From the IMG/VR virus record IMGVR_UViG_3300024346_000004: a stretch of 64,000 nt of DNA. One strand, 5' to 3'. The notes below the pieces were generated by a model. The model ran no database searches and had not been told where the DNA came from. It saw only the letters and a program-made list of their open reading frames with translations. Of the stretch, positions 58,606 to 64,000 are shown in pieces. Positions within the stretch are counted from its first letter, which is position 1; the number at the start of each line of letters is the position of its first letter. A program made the position numbers and the translations under genes. The DNA comes from a virus (lineage: Duplodnaviria; Caudoviricetes).

Positions 58606-61600
58606 CTTATTTTAATTTTTACTTTCCCTAAAGAATCTAAAACTCCTGTATTAAATACAAATCTTCTCTTTACACCAGTATAATTCGTTTCATCCTTAAA
58701 ATCTAAATGTAATACACAATATTTACTATAAGAATTATTTCTGAAATTATTCCATTGTGTGTATATTTTTGTATCTAGTAAATAAATATCAGTCACACCT
58801 ATTGCTTGAGATGTGTAAATATAATTAGATACATCATTAAATCCATTAATAGCTAAGATACAATATCCAGGACCAGGACTGTTACCCGTAAGTATTCTGA
58901 ACGGATGATAACCAGCTGTAGCATAATATGTTGCAACTACTGGTGTACTAGAGGCTGATGCAAAATATATTAAAGAGTTTGCTGCTGAATAATTTTCTTC
59001 TAATGCAGCAGATCCGACATATAATCTACCTTCATCATCATTAGCTAAAGAAATAGAAACTGTTTGATCAGTAGTAACATATAAATATCCGAAAAATTCA
59101 TAACTTGTATATTCTGGTACAGCACTATTATTCATATTAGTTACAACAGTAGTTGCAGTAGGTGCATTCGTTTTGAAATATGATAAATTACCACCCCAAT
59201 AGCTTCCAAATGTTTTTCTTGTAAATCCAACAAGACTACTTCCATCCGGAGCTGAAGTTGCTGTTTGTATTGAATTTAATGCATATCCTTTTAAAATAAA
59301 TAAATTATCTAGATATCCTTTCATATAAGAATTTACATTTGAAATATTTCCACATCCAATATTTAATGTATTAGTAGTGTTATTAAATATTGTAGTATTT
59401 GTAACTTTATTTTTTCTTGTCCCATTTAAAAAGGTACATATTTCTCCATTTTTTCTAAAAACAGAAATCCTATTCCAATCATTTAATAATTCTGATAAAT
59501 TGCAGATTTCAATAAATGTATTAGCACTACTATTCCCAATATAAAATACTAACTTATCTACACTAGAATTTGTTTCTTTCCCAATTTCCCAACCACTATC
59601 TCTACCTGCTCCCCCAAAACTCAAAATTCTAAAAGATGATCCGCCAAAATCAGATAATGAGAATGGTTTATAGAAAAATTCAATATGAAAATCTGTGTCA
59701 AAATTATAATCCCTAGAATTACCAGTTGATATATAACTGTTATTGAAATAAACTGAATTTGCACTGTTTTTCTTTTGTGATGAAATAAATGTATTATTAG
59801 AATTAATTATTTTTTTACTACTTGACTTGTCTGAAATTTGTCCAGTAGTCCATAAGTTCATGTATGTTTCTAATTTTCCATACGTAACATTTTCAGAAGA
59901 TTGACTAGCATAAAGAGTATCATTGTTGTAAATATCAATAGTATATGGTAATCCTGTATTTAGCATATGATTTTGGTTTAAATAAATTGTATTACTATTA
60001 CTAATTGTGTTTTTAGTATCAAAATCAAAATCAATAGCTGTGTCACGATTATAAATAACGGTCAGGCTATGAATTCTTGCATAAATTCCTGATCCTCCAA
60101 TAGTTTTGAACATGATCTTGAATTGAATTTTATCAGTTGCAGTAAAAGATGATAAATTCTTTGCATCAGATATTAATGTCCAAGATCCTGAATCATCGAC
60201 CATACCAGTGTTTCTAGCATATATTTTAAAAGTATCAGCTGTTATTCCTTGTTCCAAATCTCCAAGATAATCATCATATTCTATAAATAATTTATCAAAT
60301 CCAATATTATCTGGGCATGAAATTATCGGAGTTATTGCAAAACATTTAAATTTATCCGCTAAGGTATAATCTGCACAATAGATTTCAGGATAAATAGCAT
60401 TATTGTCTGTTCTATAGTATATGCCTTCAACACATACACCATATTGTCTAACTTGGTTTCTTAATGTTGAGTATGAGTTTGGGCGAATAGTGTTATCCAT
60501 TGAGTCTCTATAAAGACCATACCCACCTCCGAAACCTATAAATCCATCTGAAGGTCTATTTGTAACACTGAATTCTAATATTTCACATTTATTGCCCTGC
60601 CTATAAGAAAGATATCTACCCATCCCAAATTTATCAGTGAACGGGTCATAGGACATATCCATATAGGAAGTTAGACCAATAGACTCGTCATTCATATTAG
60701 TAACGACATTTGCTCTTTCATAAATGTAACTTTTCCCATTCTCGATCGAATATTCTGGGACTCTAAATAAATAACGATAATCATAATGATAATAAAGTGA
60801 ATTTACGCCTTTGCCTGTACTGTGATTGACATTAGCAAAACATCCTACTCTACTATCTCTACCCATGACATTTAAGGGACTATGATCCACTTCTAATGTT
60901 TTGAATAAATAAGCAGATGTTGATCTTCCTGATGATAAACCTGTGAGAGGCGCTCTAATATTAAATTTGTAAATAGAGCCACGTAAGTTACTTGATATGT
61001 TTGATATCATAGTATACATATATTGTGTCTGATTATCAATTTTTGGGCCTAAAAATGCGAAAGCAGAATTATACATAGTAGATGTCATAGCATCTGATAA
61101 TATGTATGTAGCTCTTTGGTTATCTACAGTAGTAGCCATTGGTACTGTAAAGTTATTTAAATCAAAGAAATTGTAATTAATTCCTTTAGTTATAAAAATA
61201 CCGTTGTTAGCAGCAACGTAATTTGTTTGAACAAGATTTTGAATAAATCTGATTTCTTCAATTACGTAAGGTGTATTAGCTGGTACATTATTTTGTAAAG
61301 CTTCTGTTATAGTAATATTTGTATTTGAATTAATTGCAGTAATTTGATACCATGTTTTAATCAAACTAGCATCTTTAGAACCAAAACCAATTCTAGCCCC
61401 TACTGCAATTTGATCAGTCACCCAAAGAGTGTTAGTTCCTGTTACAGTAGATCCAGTGGCAGATATCGTTCCAATGTTATGTCTGTCTACAGTCACTTTG
61501 AAAAAATCATCAAAATAGTTGTTTGGTCTCGGTAAATAGATTCTTCCTTTATAATACTTGTCATCTGTTTTTGTATTATGTTCATATAAACCTATTGTAT

Positions 61601-63086
61601 TGTAGTTGCTATTTGTGTTTTGATTTGTAAACAACCAAGTTATGTCATTACTATACTTAAAAGCATCAATCATCCAAGAACCAACTGCAGAATAGTAATA
61701 AGCACTATATAAAGCTTGATTACTCATTGTGGATAGATAATTTTTTGATCTACTTGTTTTATCAGTATAGAGTTTAATATATTTGCCTAAATTGAGTTTA
61801 TTAGGGTGATATCCTGTTGAGTTAAAACTTTTAGGTTCTTCGTTTAATGTTGTTTGTCCTATATCGTCAAAATGATTAGCATCTCTCAATACATATAGTA
61901 ACTGATATTTATTGTCTACATATTTATAAATTTTGTAATATGTTGCAAAATCATACATATCCCATGTCAATCTAACAAAATTACTAGATGATAAGGTTAT
62001 ATTTCCATTAGAAACAGTTATTGTATTTGATGGTAAAGATTCTCCATCATCATTACAGGAAGATATTTTATATAAATATTGAGTACTGCCTGTTGTGCCA
62101 AAGACTTCACTTGTAATATTACTAGGTGATAGTATTGGAATATAATTAGTTGTCTTGATATTCGCATCAAAATCAATTCTAGAAGATAGTTTTGGTTCTA
62201 ATAAATTATTTAAATTCAGTTTACTATTACCAAAATTTTCTGCTGATGAAATTGAAGGTGAAGAAATAGTAATTCTACCGGGAAAAATATGGCTTCCTAA
62301 TGATTCAGCTGATGTGATACTTGGAACTTTTATTTGATTTCTTAAGGATACATAATATTTATAAGCTGGAGGAGATTCGATTAATTGGTAAGGATTTTCA
62401 TGTAAGGATTTAATTTCAGAATCAGTTAATACTTTATTAAAAATCATTACATAATCAATATAACCTTTAAAAGTTCTTGAACTAGGATCAGAGTTGTACC
62501 ATCTCTTACCTATAGTTAACGGATATGCATTAGGCGTGACATTAAATTGAAAATTTCCACTTTGCCATAATGTTCTTAAATTGCCATCATAAGCCATTCG
62601 CATTATAGCACTAGATGATGTTTTTTGGTATGTATTAGTAAATGTGTACCATATATTATTGTAATAGTTAATGTTAGTAGCAGCATATGGATAACCAACA
62701 TCAAACCATGACTGTGTGTTTATATACCAGAATGCTAATTCTTCATCTGTATCACTAACACCCTTGCCTAAAACATCATTCCACCTAGATTGAATGTCTA
62801 ATGAGTTTACTCTTACAAACATAGATACAGCATTTGGTGAGCTTAGGGTATTAGAATCAGGGACTTCAACATAATCATTAACTCCATCTAAGAATAATGC
62901 ATTATTAAGGAATGAAGCACCATTTTTGAGAACTCCATGATTCCCATTTCCACTCAAATCATAGGCAACATTTCCTCCTTGTTCATTAAATAGATAACAA
63001 GCCATTACATGTGTAGCTAATGGGTGATTTAAATTTAAAGTGGAGCCTAATGGTGGCTTATAATTATATTGTGAGTAATCTAACAT
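58602..63086 (-). CDS. Fibre / receptor-binding paralog with N-terminal LamG and a C-terminal LamG + PA14 insert (1494 aa)
   Basis: LamG domain and shared core, plus a PA14/GLEYA-like segment (FFGYLY...NDDEGRLYVG...YHPFRI). Confidence 0.75.
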   Translation of the reverse strand: MLDYSQYNYKPPLGSTLNLNHPLATHVMACYLFNEQGGNVAYDLSGNGNHGVLKNGASFLNNALFLDGVNDYVEVPDSNTLSSPNAVSMFVRVNSLDIQSRWNDVLGKGVSDTDEELAFWYINTQSWFDVGYPYAATNINYYNNIWYTFTNTYQKTSSSAIMRMAYDGNLRTLWQSGNFQFNVTPNAYPLTIGKRWYNSDPSSRTFKGYIDYVMIFNKVLTDSEIKSLHENPYQLIESPPAYKYYVSLRNQIKVPSITSAESLGSHIFPGRITISSPSISSAENFGNSKLNLNNLLEPKLSSRIDFDANIKTTNYIPILSPSNITSEVFGTTGSTQYLYKISSCNDDGESLPSNTITVSNGNITLSSSNFVRLTWDMYDFATYYKIYKYVDNKYQLLYVLRDANHFDDIGQTTLNEEPKSFNSTGYHPNKLNLGKYIKLYTDKTSRSKNYLSTMSNQALYSAYYYSAVGSWMIDAFKYSNDITWLFTNQNTNSNYNTIGLYEHNTKTDDKYYKGRIYLPRPNNYFDDFFKVTVDRHNIGTISATGSTVTGTNTLWVTDQIAVGARIGFGSKDASLIKTWYQITAINSNTNITITEALQNNVPANTPYVIEEIRFIQNLVQTNYVAANNGIFITKGINYNFFDLNNFTVPMATTVDNQRATYILSDAMTSTMYNSAFAFLGPKIDNQTQYMYTMISNISSNLRGSIYKFNIRAPLTGLSSGRSTSAYLFKTLEVDHSPLNVMGRDSRVGCFANVNHSTGKGVNSLYYHYDYRYLFRVPEYSIENGKSYIYERANVVTNMNDESIGLTSYMDMSYDPFTDKFGMGRYLSYRQGNKCEILEFSVTNRPSDGFIGFGGGYGLYRDSMDNTIRPNSYSTLRNQVRQYGVCVEGIYYRTDNNAIYPEIYCADYTLADKFKCFAITPIISCPDNIGFDKLFIEYDDYLGDLEQGITADTFKIYARNTGMVDDSGSWTLISDAKNLSSFTATDKIQFKIMFKTIGGSGIYARIHSLTVIYNRDTAIDFDFDTKNTISNSNTIYLNQNHMLNTGLPYTIDIYNNDTLYASQSSENVTYGKLETYMNLWTTGQISDKSSSKKIINSNNTFISSQKKNSANSVYFNNSYISTGNSRDYNFDTDFHIEFFYKPFSLSDFGGSSFRILSFGGAGRDSGWEIGKETNSSVDKLVFYIGNSSANTFIEICNLSELLNDWNRISVFRKNGEICTFLNGTRKNKVTNTTIFNNTTNTLNIGCGNISNVNSYMKGYLDNLFILKGYALNSIQTATSAPDGSSLVGFTRKTFGSYWGGNLSYFKTNAPTATTVVTNMNNSAVPEYTSYEFFGYLYVTTDQTVSISLANDDEGRLYVGSAALEENYSAANSLIYFASASSTPVVATYYATAGYHPFRILTGNSPGPGYCILAINGFNDVSNYIYTSQAIGVTDIYLLDTKIYTQWNNFRNNSYSKYCVLHLDFKDETNYTGVKRRFVFNTGVLDSLGKVKIKIR

Positions 63087-63511
63087 TATAGGTGAATAAC
63101 TAGTCTCTTAGTTCCTGAAGTAGTGAATAAAATATCGCCTAAAATCTGCCCTAAACCAGCATCAGTCCATGTAGCCCCACCGTCTACAGATCTTTCTAAA
63201 TATAAAATTACATTACCATTAGAAGATACTGGTGCTGTTACTGTTAACTCAACTTCAGCTCCGATATATGCATTAGCTAAATTATCAATAATGTTAGAAT
63301 ATAAATACCCAAGATTTCCCACTGATGTTGCTCCACCTAAAGGAACAAATGAAAGGTTTAATATTGTTGAGAAAGATGAATCAAAAATTATTTCACCCGC
63401 ACTACTAATCTTCCATGGTCTGATTCTAAGTACTACCCCACCCGCAGTACTAATTGTTTGACCAGTTCTATTTTCTACTGCAAATCTATATGTAGGTCCT
63501 AAAATACTCAT
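63086..63511 (-). CDS. Small beta-rich structural protein (141 aa)
   Basis: TAATG-coupled on both sides within the fibre array. Confidence 0.65.
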   Translation of the reverse strand: MSILGPTYRFAVENRTGQTISTAGGVVLRIRPWKISSAGEIIFDSSFSTILNLSFVPLGGATSVGNLGYLYSNIIDNLANAYIGAEVELTVTAPVSSNGNVILYLERSVDGGATWTDAGLGQILGDILFTTSGTKRLVIHL

Positions 63512-63999
63512 TATTTAACCTCTAGCTCAACGTCATATTCTATATTTTTTTGTAAAGAAGTTGAAGGTACAAATCTTCTTCTTAATCCAATTTGGTTTGG
63601 ACCATAACCTTTTTGCCATCCCGCTGAGTAATATTCAAAATCTCCAGTAGAAGATCTATCTGAATTTTGTATTAAATACAATTTATTATTATTCTTATTG
63701 TAGTATTTAATAGTAAAAGAAGGAATGGTTTTATATAATTCATTTTGTACAAATCCTACAATTGCAGAAGATGTATTACTGTCAGATAAGTTCCATGAGA
63801 ATCCTTTGGAAATAGTTTCCTTATTATCATATTCTATACTAAATCCATAAATCTTTTTTGTTTTACAATAGTGCAAAAATAAAGATGATTCAATTCTTAC
63901 TTGTAATTTCCCATTATTTTGAATTCCACTTATATTTCCTAAAGAATCTATCAACGTCCATTTGCCTGAATCATCTTCAATTCCATTATTTCTTACATA
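63511..63999 (-). CDS. C-terminal part of a fourth fibre paralog, running off the window
   Basis: The frame is open to the edge (YVRNNGIEDDSGKWTLI...GYGPNQIGLRRRFVP) and matches the C-terminal module of the other three. Confidence 0.8.
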   Translation of the reverse strand, partial: YVRNNGIEDDSGKWTLIDSLGNISGIQNNGKLQVRIESSLFLHYCKTKKIYGFSIEYDNKETISKGFSWNLSDSNTSSAIVGFVQNELYKTIPSFTIKYYNKNNNKLYLIQNSDRSSTGDFEYYSAGWQKGYGPNQIGLRRRFVPSTSLQKNIEYDVELEVK

Positions 64000-64000
64000 T

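Noticed and set aside
45022-63999. Diversity-generating retroelement or invertase shufflon acting on the fibre genes
   Set aside because: I found no reverse transcriptase or recombinase and no ~100-nt repeat pair differing only at adenines. A self-alignment would be needed to exclude this fully.
1-64000. Stop-codon reassignment
   Set aside because: Very long ORFs are intact under the standard code, and TAA, TAG and TGA all end genes at sensible positions.
1-64000. CRISPR array, tRNA or rRNA genes
   Set aside because: Intergenic gaps are short (<250 nt) and show no spaced repeats or cloverleaf motifs.

Overview
This AT-rich (roughly 30% GC by eye), gene-dense window looks like part of a large tailed-phage (jumbo-phage-like) genome. 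It has three blocks. (1) 1-31427 (+): a tightly packed run of very large virion, baseplate and tail-appendage proteins (up to 2867 aa) built from shared modules: beta-propellers, PA14, a split vWA domain and a DRVLVKNQ tail motif. (2) 31481-40994 (+): a non-structural island with three adjacent serine proteases of different families (S8, S26, S1), DnaJ, a holin-like protein, an SF2 helicase, a Zn-ribbon protein, DnaK, RNase HII, a MerC-like protein and a DUF151 nuclease. (3) 41002-64000 (-): a convergent structural operon with two tail-tube-like paralogs, a free-standing HNH endonuclease, a ~2613-aa multi-LamG adhesin that apparently starts at ATA, and at least four paralogous fibre or receptor-binding proteins. 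The intergenic DNA shows a recurring AGG-N18/19-RGAA promoter-like motif, several leaderless-type promoters, an anti-Shine-Dalgarno hairpin and an unannotated small ORF. I saw no tRNA, rRNA, CRISPR array or reverse transcriptase. All family calls come from motif recognition by eye, not database searches.
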